Shown here: positions 1 through 7,739 of the stretch, piece after piece
Position numbering within the stretch: position 1 is the first letter of the stretch
Layout: each line of letters begins with the position of its first letter
Assembly (NCBI GenBank): GCA_016201355.1
Contig: JACQCY010000011.1
Location: 1-44,183, forward strand
Length of the DNA stretch: 44,183 nt
Origin: Candidatus Yonathbacteria bacterium
GTDB lineage: Bacteria > Patescibacteriota > Minisyncoccia > Phycocordibacterales > UBA1550
Reading direction: 5' to 3'
Notes under the pieces: generated by a model
The model's input: the letters and a program-made list of their open reading frames with translations, nothing else
Databases searched by the model: none
What the model was told of the DNA's origin: nothing
Made by a program: the position numbers and the translations under genes

Positions 1-132
1 CGGGTCACCGACCATCGTATTAAACAATCGTGGAGCAATATAGAAAAGATATTTTTAGGGAATATTGACGACATTCTTTCCGCGTGCGTGGCAGAGGCGG
101 GGAAGGGGGAGGGGACAGAAAATAGTAAGTAG
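1..132 (+). CDS. 3' end of an unidentified ORF entering from the left window edge (partial)
   Basis: Frame 1 is open from nt 1 to TAG 130-132 (..VTDHRIKQSWSNIEKIFLGNIDDILSACVAEAGKGEGTENSK*). Like other gene ends here it runs straight into an AATAGTAAGTAGAAAATAGAA-type element. No family recognised. Confidence 0.3.
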   Translation, partial: RVTDHRIKQSWSNIEKIFLGNIDDILSACVAEAGKGEGTENSK

Positions 133-176
133 AAAATAGAATAAACCCCGCATTCATTCCACATTCTATATTCAAT
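121..176. repeat. Family-B intergenic AT-rich word repeat (copy 1)
   Basis: The exact 21-mer AATAGTAAGTAGAAAATAGAA lies at 121-141 and recurs at 18597-18617 and 34605-34625. It is followed by partially complementary ATTCCACATTCTATATTC words. Confidence 0.6.
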
Positions 177-202
177 ATTCCACTCAATTCAATCCACAAT
201 AT

Positions 203-2008
203 ATGGAAGACAAAAATAATAAATTAACATTTTTAAAATTTCTGGGTACTTTGAGGTGGGTGTTTGTTTATAATGCAAAACTAGCACCATTTGCTGTTTT
301 TTCCTATACAATCGCTAATATCTTTCAAAGGATCAGTCCTCTTATTAATGCATATATTTTTGCGCGGTTACTGGATGATGTTATAAAAATTGTCGCGTCA
401 CACGGAAGTTCAAAAGAAATCATTCCCATGCTTGGAATACTTCTCGCATACAATCTTATTAACTCAATGGTTAGTTCCGCAAAGTCTTATTTTGGAACAG
501 TGATAAGGGATGCAACTTTATATAAATCTCCACAGATATTACATCAGCACATTTATTCATTGGGTATCCAGACATTGGAAAATCCTGAAGTGGTGAATAA
601 AATTCAGCGAGCTCGTGAAGCACTCTTTTTTCTGGGTTCTGATCTTGAGCAAACAATAACAGTGACGGCTTATATTATTACCCTCATCACCTCGGCTCTC
701 ATTGTAATAAGAATAATACCTCTTGTGGCGATTATTGTCTTTGTTTCAATCCTTCCAGAGATGATTTCAAATAGATATCATTTGAAAAAAGCTTGGAAAT
801 TATATCATGGAAAAACCGAACATAGACGAAAAGCTAGTTTTGTATTTGATTCATTAACGCAAACTTCAAACTTGCATGAAATTACGGTAACTTCTGCGTA
901 CGAATACTTAAGTGATGTTTATAGGCAATTTGCAGATTGGTATATGGAGAAAGAACTAGCTATTTTGAAAAGGATGGAATATTTTAGTTTCTCATTTGGC
1001 TCAATGACCTCTATTGCGAGCATATTCGGATATTTTATTATCTTGAAGAACCTATTTAATGGAGCTGTTTCTGTTGGAGGGGCAACATTTCAAATGAGGG
1101 CGCTCGATACTTTTGTTAATATCCTGCAATCAGTGGGAGATAATTATGTGACATTAACCGAGAGATGTCTTCGCATTAATGAGATCAAAGAAGTGTTTGA
1201 TATGAAGCCGATGATTTCTGATGGGGATGTGGAAATGGTCGCTTCTGCGGATGCCCCGAACATCGCATTCAAGGGAGTTAGTTTTAAATATCTTAACTCC
1301 GAGAGATTTGTTATTCAGGATATGGATATTGAGATTAAGCCAGGAGAAAAAATTGCGATTGTTGGAGAGAATGGAGCGGGAAAGACGACCCTCGTGAAGT
1401 TACTGAGCAGGTTTTACAAAGTGGACAAAGGAGGTATCTACTTGAATGAACAAAATCTCAACGACATCAAAATAGATAGTTGGTACAAAAATCTTGGGGT
1501 GCTGTTTCAGGATTACAATACCTATGGTTCGCTGACTCTCAAAGAAAATATTTTTTTGGGGGATTCACAGAGAGAATTTAACGAAGCAAAGATGGAGACG
1601 GCTGCAAATAAAGCGAATGTTAATTCATTTATTTCTAATTATAAAAATGGGTACGAACAAGTTCTCAGTGAAAAATTCAAAGGAGGCACGCGCCCGAGCA
1701 CGGGACAGTGGCAGAAAATAGCAATTGCAAGGTTCTTTTATCGTGATTCTCCGGTGGTTATTTTTGATGAGCCTACGGCTTCTATTGATGCAGTCTCGGA
1801 AGCGGAGATTTTTGGTCATATTTATGAGTTTTTCAAGAAGAAGACCGTGATTATTATTTCACATAGGTTTTCCACGGTCCGTAATGCGGACAGGATTTAT
1901 GTAATGGATGGCGGGAAGATTGCAGAACGAGGCAATCACGATCAGCTGATGAGTTTGAAAGGGAAGTACTACAAGGCATTCAATATCCAGGCTGGGGGGT
2001 ATAATTAA
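203..2008 (+). CDS. ABC transporter, fused permease/ATP-binding protein (type-1 exporter, MsbA/LmrA-like)
   Basis: 601 aa with a hydrophobic N-terminal half. The C-terminal NBD has Walker A GENGAGKTT, ABC signature STGQWQKIAIAR, Walker B VVIFDEPTASID and H-loop ISHR. Confidence 0.9.
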   Translation: MEDKNNKLTFLKFLGTLRWVFVYNAKLAPFAVFSYTIANIFQRISPLINAYIFARLLDDVIKIVASHGSSKEIIPMLGILLAYNLINSMVSSAKSYFGTVIRDATLYKSPQILHQHIYSLGIQTLENPEVVNKIQRAREALFFLGSDLEQTITVTAYIITLITSALIVIRIIPLVAIIVFVSILPEMISNRYHLKKAWKLYHGKTEHRRKASFVFDSLTQTSNLHEITVTSAYEYLSDVYRQFADWYMEKELAILKRMEYFSFSFGSMTSIASIFGYFIILKNLFNGAVSVGGATFQMRALDTFVNILQSVGDNYVTLTERCLRINEIKEVFDMKPMISDGDVEMVASADAPNIAFKGVSFKYLNSERFVIQDMDIEIKPGEKIAIVGENGAGKTTLVKLLSRFYKVDKGGIYLNEQNLNDIKIDSWYKNLGVLFQDYNTYGSLTLKENIFLGDSQREFNEAKMETAANKANVNSFISNYKNGYEQVLSEKFKGGTRPSTGQWQKIAIARFFYRDSPVVIFDEPTASIDAVSEAEIFGHIYEFFKKKTVIIISHRFSTVRNADRIYVMDGGKIAERGNHDQLMSLKGKYYKAFNIQAGGYN

Positions 2009-2015
2009 CAATCGC

Positions 2016-2044
2016 TTGCATTTTTCAGTTATTTTTGTTAAGAT
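2016..2044 (+). promoter_or_regulatory. Putative sigma70-type promoter of rpsB (TTGCAT-17 nt-TAAGAT)
   Basis: TTGCAT 2016-2021, a 17-nt spacer, then TAAGAT 2039-2044. The -10 box ends 10 nt before ATG 2055 and there is no SD. Confidence 0.4.
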
Positions 2045-2054
2045 TTCGTAACTT

Positions 2055-2759
2055 ATGGATACCAAGCAACCAATATATAAAGACCTTATCGCCGGGATGT
2101 TCGCCGCGGGGGCGCATTTCGGTTATTCGCGTTCCCGTCGTCATCCTTCAATAAAGAATTTTATCTTCGGTTCAAAAAAAGGTGTTGAGATTCTTGATCT
2201 TGAAAAGACAAGCGCTGAGCTCGAGCGCGCGAAAGGTTTTGTAAGATCACTCGCCAAAGGCGGAAAGCAAATTCTCTTTGTGGGGACAAAGAATGAAGCC
2301 AAGAAAATAGTTGAAGATGGAGCGCTCTCTATTGATATGCCTTTTGTCGCCGAAAGGTGGGTTGGGGGCGCGCTTACCAATTTCCCCGAAATAAAGAGAC
2401 GGGTTGCGCTTCTCGAAGATCTTCGTTCCAAACACGAAAAAGGAGAACTCTCTGTTTATACAAAAAAAGAGCGTCTCCTTATTAGCAAGGATGTTGAACG
2501 CCTTGAGAGAAATTTTGGTGGGATAGTATCAATGAAAGAAATGCCCGCGGCTCTCTTTGTCGTTGACCCAAAAAAAGAATCAATCGCCGTTGACGAAGCG
2601 CGTTTCTTTAATATTCCTGTCATTGCGCTTGCCAATTCAGACTGCAACATAAAAGAAATTGATTTTCCCATCCCTTGCAATGACAGCTCTGTTTCAAGCA
2701 TATCTTTCTTTATTGAGCAAATCGTGCAGGCATTCAAAGACGGCAGGAACAGTCAATAA
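2055..2759 (+). CDS. rpsB: 30S ribosomal protein S2
   Basis: 234 aa. S2 hallmarks are AGAHFGYSRSRRHPSIKNFIFG and VVDPKKESIAVDEARFFNIPVIALANSDCN. The canonical rpsB-tsf pairing is present. Confidence 0.95.
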   Translation: MDTKQPIYKDLIAGMFAAGAHFGYSRSRRHPSIKNFIFGSKKGVEILDLEKTSAELERAKGFVRSLAKGGKQILFVGTKNEAKKIVEDGALSIDMPFVAERWVGGALTNFPEIKRRVALLEDLRSKHEKGELSVYTKKERLLISKDVERLERNFGGIVSMKEMPAALFVVDPKKESIAVDEARFFNIPVIALANSDCNIKEIDFPIPCNDSSVSSISFFIEQIVQAFKDGRNSQ

Positions 2760-2760
2760 T

Positions 2761-2850
2761 AAAATAGCAAAATAGTAGAATAGTAGAATAATAAAATATC
2801 AAAATAGTAAAATAGTAAACTATTCATTGTTCCACTATTAACTATTCATT
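2761..2850. repeat. Family-B-like word hairpin after rpsB
   Basis: The left half carries repeated AATAGT words (AATAGCAAAATAGTAGAATAGTAG...AAAATAGTAAAATAGTAA). The right half carries the complementary ACTATT words three times. Confidence 0.5.
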
Positions 2851-2857
2851 ACCCACA

Positions 2858-3448
2858 ATGATTTCTATCGAACAAATAAAAGAATTACGCGATATGACGG
2901 GAATATCCGTGATGCAATGCAAGAAAGCTCTTGAGGAGGCGAGTGGAGATAAGGAAAAGGCGCTTTTCCTTCTTCGCAAGAAGAGCGGGGATATTGCGGC
3001 GAAAAAAAATGACCGTGTTCTCGGCGCGGGCGTCATTGCTTCATATATTCACCATGGAAATACTCTTGGAGCACTTGTTGAACTTTCTTGCGAGACTGAT
3101 TTTGTTGCGCGAAACGAAGAATTTGTAGCGCTTGCGCGCGATATTGCTATGCATATTTCGGCAATGAACCCTGAATATATTAGCGAAGACCAAATTACCG
3201 AAGAGTCTCGCGCAAAGGTAAAGGGAATGTTTCAGAAAGAAGTTTCTGAGTCGGGCAAACCCGCAGATATTCAAGCAAAGATGATGGAAGGGAAACTTGC
3301 CACCTATTTTGCCGAGAAAACACTCCTCCTTCAGCCATTTGTGAAAAATCCCGATATGACCATCAAGCAATTGATCTATGGGGGCGTGCAGAAGTTTGGT
3401 GAAAAGATTATGGTTACTCGTTTTGTGCGTTTCTCGGTCGGAAAGTAG
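2858..3448 (+). CDS. tsf: Elongation factor Ts (short form)
   Basis: 196 aa with a UBA-like N-terminus ISIEQIKELRDMTGISVMQCKKALEEASGDKEKA and core LVELSCETDFVARNEEF. Confidence 0.93.
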   Translation: MISIEQIKELRDMTGISVMQCKKALEEASGDKEKALFLLRKKSGDIAAKKNDRVLGAGVIASYIHHGNTLGALVELSCETDFVARNEEFVALARDIAMHISAMNPEYISEDQITEESRAKVKGMFQKEVSESGKPADIQAKMMEGKLATYFAEKTLLLQPFVKNPDMTIKQLIYGGVQKFGEKIMVTRFVRFSVGK

Positions 3449-3471
3449 TCGCGAGTCAGGTTTTAGGTAAA

Positions 3472-3515
3472 AGGTGTCAGGTGTTAGAATATACATATCC
3501 TAACACCTGACACCT
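3472..3515. repeat. Perfect 16-bp stem hairpin downstream of tsf
   Basis: AGGTGTCAGGTGTTAG (3472-3487) pairs perfectly with CTAACACCTGACACCT (3500-3515) across a 12-nt loop. CTAACACCT is repeated again at 3521-3529. Confidence 0.65.
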
Positions 3516-3537
3516 GCCAGCTAACACCTTTTCTCCT

Positions 3538-3960
3538 ATGATCGTCATTATCACCCTTTTCTATAGTTCTCTCTTTGTCATTATAATAATGACGGGCTGG
3601 AAACTTGTGTCGCTTCGCGAGCGCAAGCTCTCTCTTATTGAAGGAGTTGAGAAGGAAATTCATAGTAAATTGTATACAATGATGAATGAGTGGTGGTATG
3701 TGCTTCGTACGAAATATCTTGTAAAAGCGCGCGCTCTTGCCATCTCTTTGTTTTATCGGATTGCTCACGATATACTGCATTTTGTGGGAATTTGGGGAGG
3801 AAAGCTTAAAGAGAGACACCGTAAATGGTTTGATATGGTAAAAGGGAAAGGGGTCATTCATAAAAAGGGTTCCGTCTCCCTCCATTTGCGGGATATTTCA
3901 GAATACAAGAGATTGCGAACAATAAACAACGAACAACAGACGGAGGAGAATAATCCTTAA
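3538..3960 (+). CDS. Hypothetical membrane-anchored protein
   Basis: 140-aa ORF with an N-terminal TM stretch IVIITLFYSSLFVIIIMTGW and a basic C-terminal part. No family recognised. Confidence 0.45.
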   Translation: MIVIITLFYSSLFVIIIMTGWKLVSLRERKLSLIEGVEKEIHSKLYTMMNEWWYVLRTKYLVKARALAISLFYRIAHDILHFVGIWGGKLKERHRKWFDMVKGKGVIHKKGSVSLHLRDISEYKRLRTINNEQQTEENNP

Positions 3961-3999
3961 TTTATTGATAGTCGTATGTAGTTGGTTGTAAATTCAAGT

Positions 4000-4075
4000 G
4001 CCACCTTAGCTCAGTTGGTAGAGCAATGCTTTTGTAAAGCAAAGGTCCCCAGTTCGAATCTGGGAGGTGGCTCCA
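4000..4075 (+). tRNA. tRNA-Thr (anticodon UGU), CCA encoded
   Basis: Cloverleaf read by hand. Acceptor GCCACCT/AGGTGGC, D-arm GCTC-AGTTGGTA-GAGC, anticodon arm ATGCT-TTTGTAA-AGCAA with anticodon TGT at 4033-4035. Variable loop AGGTC, T-arm CCCAG-TTCGAAT-CTGGG, discriminator T, CCA at 4073-4075. Confidence 0.92.
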
Positions 4076-4100
4076 AAATGTAAAGGGGAATTATAAAGAA

Positions 4101-4134
4101 AGGCGGTTTGCTTACGCAAATCGCCTTTTTGTTT
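4101..4134. terminator. Bidirectional intrinsic terminator
   Basis: An 11-bp stem AGGCGGTTTGC/GCAAATCGCCT (one G-U pair) with loop TTAC is followed by TTTTGTTTT. The minus strand has the same hairpin followed by TTTCTTTAT. Confidence 0.65.
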
Positions 4135-4138
4135 TGGT

Positions 4139-4199
4139 CGGGGTGATTGCCCTTTTGATTAAAAATTTCTTAATCAAGAATATTTCGGCGATCACCCCG
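4139..4199. repeat. Nested inverted repeat (13-bp outer stem enclosing an 8-bp hairpin)
   Basis: CGGGGTGATTGCC (4139-4151) pairs with GGCGATCACCCCG (4187-4199), with one G-U pair. The inner hairpin is TTGATTAA-AAATTTC-TTAATCAA. No U-tract on either side. Confidence 0.6.
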
Positions 4200-4209
4200 G
4201 TAGATTAAG

Positions 4210-4362
4210 CTACTTTTTCATCAACAAATATCGTTGGTATGAAAGCATCAGTTCTTCCGCAAGAGAGGGGCAGGATGTCATGTTTCCATCAGCTTCTGCG
4301 GGGTATCCGCAAGAGCTACAACAATATATAATTATTATTTTTTCTGTTCTGACAGAAGACAT
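4210..4362 (-). CDS. Small SD-led ORF (50 aa), Cys-containing, unknown function; below the ORF-track length cutoff
   Basis: Minus strand: AAAGGAGG, a 6-nt spacer, ATG (4362-4360), then MSSVRTEKIIIIYCCSSCGYPAEADGNMTSCPSLAEELMLSYQRYLLMKK and TAG (4212-4210). The ORF is framed by 11-bp inverted repeats at 4204-4214 and 4379-4389. Confidence 0.4.
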   Translation of the reverse strand: MSSVRTEKIIIIYCCSSCGYPAEADGNMTSCPSLAEELMLSYQRYLLMKK

Positions 4363-4415
4363 AGCACACCTCCTTTTGAGTAGCTTAATTAATAGAGTAG
4401 ACTGTATCTAAATAA

Positions 4416-5216
4416 ATGTCAAAGAGTGGAATGTTTGGTCGCGTGAGATTTTTTGTGTATGATAGGGGAATGAAAGGAGATAGAGAAGACAAGGATATAC
4501 AAGGACATCTACATCCATTAACCCAAATTATGCGTGAAATCGTTGACTCATTTGTGGCAATGGGCTTTGAGGTTGCCGATGGCCCCGAGGTTGAGAGCGA
4601 GTATTACAACTTTGACGCGCTCAATGTGCCACAGGATCACCCTGCGCGCGATATGCAAGACACCTTTTGGGTCAAGGGAGTACCCAGCACCGTACTCCGT
4701 ACCCATACTTCATCAGTGCAGGCGCGCTATATGGAAAAGCATAAGCCGCCTTTTAAAATTGTCGTGCCGGGGAAAGTTTTCCGCTATGAAGCAACCGATG
4801 CGACGCACGAAGCTCAGTTTTATCAGATTGAAGGATTGGTTGTTGGTGAGGATATTTCTCTCGCCAACCTCAAACACACCCTCAATGAATTTTTTAAACG
4901 GCTCTATGGTCCAGAGGCAAACATTCGTTTTCGTCCATCGTTTTTCCCTTTCGTTGAACCTGGTGTTGAGGTAGATGTATCTTGTTTTAAATGTGATGGT
5001 AAGGGATGCGGTATGTGTAAACAGACAGGGTATATAGAAGTTATGGGGGCAGGGATGGTGCACCCTAATGTTTTGAAGTCTGGTGGTATTGACCCAAAAA
5101 AGTATAGCGGTTTTGCGTTTGGTACCGGCGTGGATCGTCTCGTTATGCTTAAATATGGTATTGACGATATTCGACTCCTCTATGCGGGAGATCTGCGCCT
5201 TGTGAATCAATTTTAG
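4416..5216 (+). CDS. pheS: Phenylalanine--tRNA ligase alpha subunit (short form; start uncertain)
   Basis: Class-II core motifs [67 protein letters not shown] and [11 protein letters not shown]. The long N-terminal coiled coil is absent. Possible starts are ATG 4416, 4431 or 4470. Confidence 0.9.
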   Translation: MSKSGMFGRVRFFVYDRGMKGDREDKDIQGHLHPLTQIMREIVDSFVAMGFEVADGPEVESEYYNFDALNVPQDHPARDMQDTFWVKGVPSTVLRTHTSSVQARYMEKHKPPFKIVVPGKVFRYEATDATHEAQFYQIEGLVVGEDISLANLKHTLNEFFKRLYGPEANIRFRPSFFPFVEPGVEVDVSCFKCDGKGCGMCKQTGYIEVMGAGMVHPNVLKSGGIDPKKYSGFAFGTGVDRLVMLKYGIDDIRLLYAGDLRLVNQF

Positions 5217-5219
5217 AAA

Positions 5220-7154
5220 ATGAATATTTCAATTTCCTACAACTGGCTTAAGTCACATTTTGACAAGGACATTCCAAATTCTGGCGAGTTTGTTGGTATT
5301 CTCACAAAAAACCTCGCCGAGGTTGAGGGGGTGGAAATTCGCGGAGATGATACTATTTTTGATATAAAAATTATGCCTGATCGTGGGCACGATCTATTGT
5401 GTCACAAGGGAATCGCGCGCGAAGTTTCGGTGTTGAGCGGAGTACCACTTAAAAACGAAAAACGAAAAACGAAAAACAAAAAATCATCCCCAGCAACAAT
5501 GCTCCGCGTCTTTGTTGAAGATGTAAAACTTTGTCCGCGCTATATGGGGCTTGTGGTGGAGAATATCAAAGTAGGAGATTCGCCAGCGTGGCTTCGTACG
5601 CGCCTTGAGTCAGTGGGACAACGATCCATCAACAATATCGTGGACATTACGAACTTTGTAATGCTTGAAATAGGGCAGCCGATGCACGCATTTGACTTAG
5701 GCAAATTAGCAACCAACGACAAACAACAGACGACGATAGAAGTGCGAAAGGCGCGCGGAGGAGAGAAGATAACGACGCTTGATGAAAAAGAAATAATACT
5801 TACTCCCGATACGCTCGTCATTGCTGACAGTAATCAAGCGCTTGCCATTGCGGGGATAAAAGGAGGCAAGGACGCGGTGGTAGATGGCGCAACAACGAGT
5901 ATTATTTTTGAGGCGGCAAATTTTAATGCGGTACATACGCGCAAGACTGCGCAAAGAGTCGGTATCCGCACCGATTCATCAAAACGATTTGAACACGGAC
6001 TTTCGCCATCCTTGGTCTCTGATGCAATGTCTCTTGCGGTAGAGATGTTGGTTGAATTATGTCCCGATGCAATAGTTGGCGAAGCCATAGATGTGTATCC
6101 TGAGCCACAACAAGAGAAGACAATAACTATGAGCGTAAAAGATATAAACGGCATTCTTGGAACGACACTTTCGGGGGATGAAGTAGAGAAAATTCTCAAC
6201 CGTTTGGATTTTAAAAATGAACGCAGGGGAGAGATATTCGTCGTAACGCCACCTCTCCTTCGCCTTGACCTTGTTATCAAGGAGGATATTGCCGAGGAGA
6301 TTGGTCGTGTGTATGGATTTGATAAGGTCATTGATGCTCCGCTTCCTCCTCTTTCTTTTACTCCGAAACCACTCAAGGAATATTATTATGCAAATATGAT
6401 CCGCGACACACTCGTCGCGCAGGGTTTTTCGGAAGTATACACTTCGTCATTTCAAAAAGAGGGTGTGTTTGCAGTAGAAAATCCTCTTGCTCTCGATAAG
6501 GCATTTTTGCGAAAGGATCTGGCAACGAATATTAAGCAATCTCTCGAGCTCAATACGTATAATGCGCCACTCCTTGGACTTGATGAAATTAAGATTTTTG
6601 AAATTGGTAAAGCGTTTCCCGGAGTGATGCAGGAGAAACTTTTGTGCGTGATAGGTATTGAGATGGTGAAGACAAATAAAAAGAAAGCGGAAATTACGCG
6701 CGAGGCTCTTGAACAAGCGAGAACTCTTTTAGGTGAAATATTAGAAAATCCAATCGATGGGGAATTTTCTGAAAATATTTTTGAATTTGACCTTGGCGCT
6801 TTCTTGGATAAATTGCCTGAACCAAAAGCAGGGGAGCCTTTTACTTCTACGAGCACTCGCTACACGAAATTCTCTCCCTATCCATTTATGCTTCGCGACA
6901 TTGCCCTCTGGGTTCCCGAAGGAATCTCTGTAGATGATGTGCTCTCTGTTGTTTCAAGCGAAGCGGGCGAGCTTCTCCGCACGAAAAAGCTTTTTGATGT
7001 CTTCACGAAAGAATTTCCCGAAGGTAAAAAAACATCCTACGCTTTCAACCTCGTCTTTCAGTCATACGAAAAGACTCTTTCTGATGAAGAAATAAATAGC
7101 ATTATGGAACGCATTACCACCACGCTCTCAGCAAAAAGTTGGCAGGTGCGGTAG
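5220..7154 (+). CDS. pheT: Phenylalanine--tRNA ligase beta subunit (lacks the N-terminal OB-fold tRNA-binding domain)
   Basis: 644 aa, starting 3 nt after pheS. The B1 start MNISISYNWLKSHF runs directly into the B3-type segment DIKIMPDRGHDLLCHKGIAREV. The C-terminal anticodon-binding-like end is SPYPFMLRDIALWV...KTSYAFNLVFQ. Confidence 0.9.
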   Translation: MNISISYNWLKSHFDKDIPNSGEFVGILTKNLAEVEGVEIRGDDTIFDIKIMPDRGHDLLCHKGIAREVSVLSGVPLKNEKRKTKNKKSSPATMLRVFVEDVKLCPRYMGLVVENIKVGDSPAWLRTRLESVGQRSINNIVDITNFVMLEIGQPMHAFDLGKLATNDKQQTTIEVRKARGGEKITTLDEKEIILTPDTLVIADSNQALAIAGIKGGKDAVVDGATTSIIFEAANFNAVHTRKTAQRVGIRTDSSKRFEHGLSPSLVSDAMSLAVEMLVELCPDAIVGEAIDVYPEPQQEKTITMSVKDINGILGTTLSGDEVEKILNRLDFKNERRGEIFVVTPPLLRLDLVIKEDIAEEIGRVYGFDKVIDAPLPPLSFTPKPLKEYYYANMIRDTLVAQGFSEVYTSSFQKEGVFAVENPLALDKAFLRKDLATNIKQSLELNTYNAPLLGLDEIKIFEIGKAFPGVMQEKLLCVIGIEMVKTNKKKAEITREALEQARTLLGEILENPIDGEFSENIFEFDLGAFLDKLPEPKAGEPFTSTSTRYTKFSPYPFMLRDIALWVPEGISVDDVLSVVSSEAGELLRTKKLFDVFTKEFPEGKKTSYAFNLVFQSYEKTLSDEEINSIMERITTTLSAKSWQVR

Positions 7155-7178
7155 TTTATTTGACGAGAGTAGGTAATC

Positions 7179-7616
7179 GTGCTAGATTTTTTTTGGAAAG
7201 TCTCAATGGCCATCCTTATCCTCGGCGGTGGCGTACCAAAGAACTACAGTTTGCAGCCGGAACCGACACTCTCGCAGATCTTCATGCTTGAGGGAATCAA
7301 GGGCTACGATTACGATTTTCAGATTGTATCGTCTCCGGTGACGGACGGCAGTCTGTCGGGTTGCTTCGCTTCTGAGGCGGTAACATGGGGCAAGGTGAAC
7401 CCGGGGAAGATACATCAGACCGCAAGTTTGCAGGCGGACTACTCAACCGTAATGCCGTTTATCGTACGGGCATTGGTTGAAAAATTTCCCAAAATTCCTC
7501 CGCTCCGTCTTTTTAATCGTCGCGAGGAACTTATGGGGGTGTTGGACGCCGCCGTGAATAAGCGGGCGCGGTACCTCAAAGAGAAAACTTTTTCATTTCC
7601 CTTGGTGGTTTTGTAA
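7179..7616 (+). pseudogene. C-terminal fragment of a deoxyhypusine synthase-like protein (N-terminal ~60% missing)
   Basis: MAILILGGGVPKNYS aligns with DHS GGGVVKHH, including the catalytic Lys. DGSLSGCFASEAVTWGKVN aligns with DGSDSGARPDEAVSWGKIR, and ADYSTVMPFIVRAL with ADASLVFPLLVAETF. The ORF is only 145 aa, starts at GTG 24 nt after pheT, and has no upstream NAD-binding part. Confidence 0.6.
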
Positions 7617-7630
7617 AATCTACAAATACT

Positions 7631-7667
7631 CCGCGACCTCCTTTATCGGAGGCGCGGGGTATTTTTT
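7631..7667 (+). terminator. Intrinsic terminator
   Basis: CCGCGACCTCC-TTTATC-GGAGGCGCGG hairpin followed by GGTATTTTTT. Confidence 0.65.
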
Positions 7668-7739
7668 ATATATGATTATCTCGTATTTCTGATCGTAAAG
7701 TTAAAAAAGATGGCTGGCAGGTACGGTAATTTTTGAACA

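Noticed and set aside
94-117. G-run (GGCGGGGAAGGGGGAGGGGA) as a G-quadruplex
   Set aside because: It has only three long G-tracts and lies within the open reading frame encoding ..AEAGKGEGT.. There is no supporting context.
4080-4415. T-box or other pheS leader riboswitch upstream of pheS
   Set aside because: I could not find the conserved T-box sequence or a specifier/antiterminator arrangement on the + strand. The structure is better explained by a minus-strand small ORF with its own SD and terminator.
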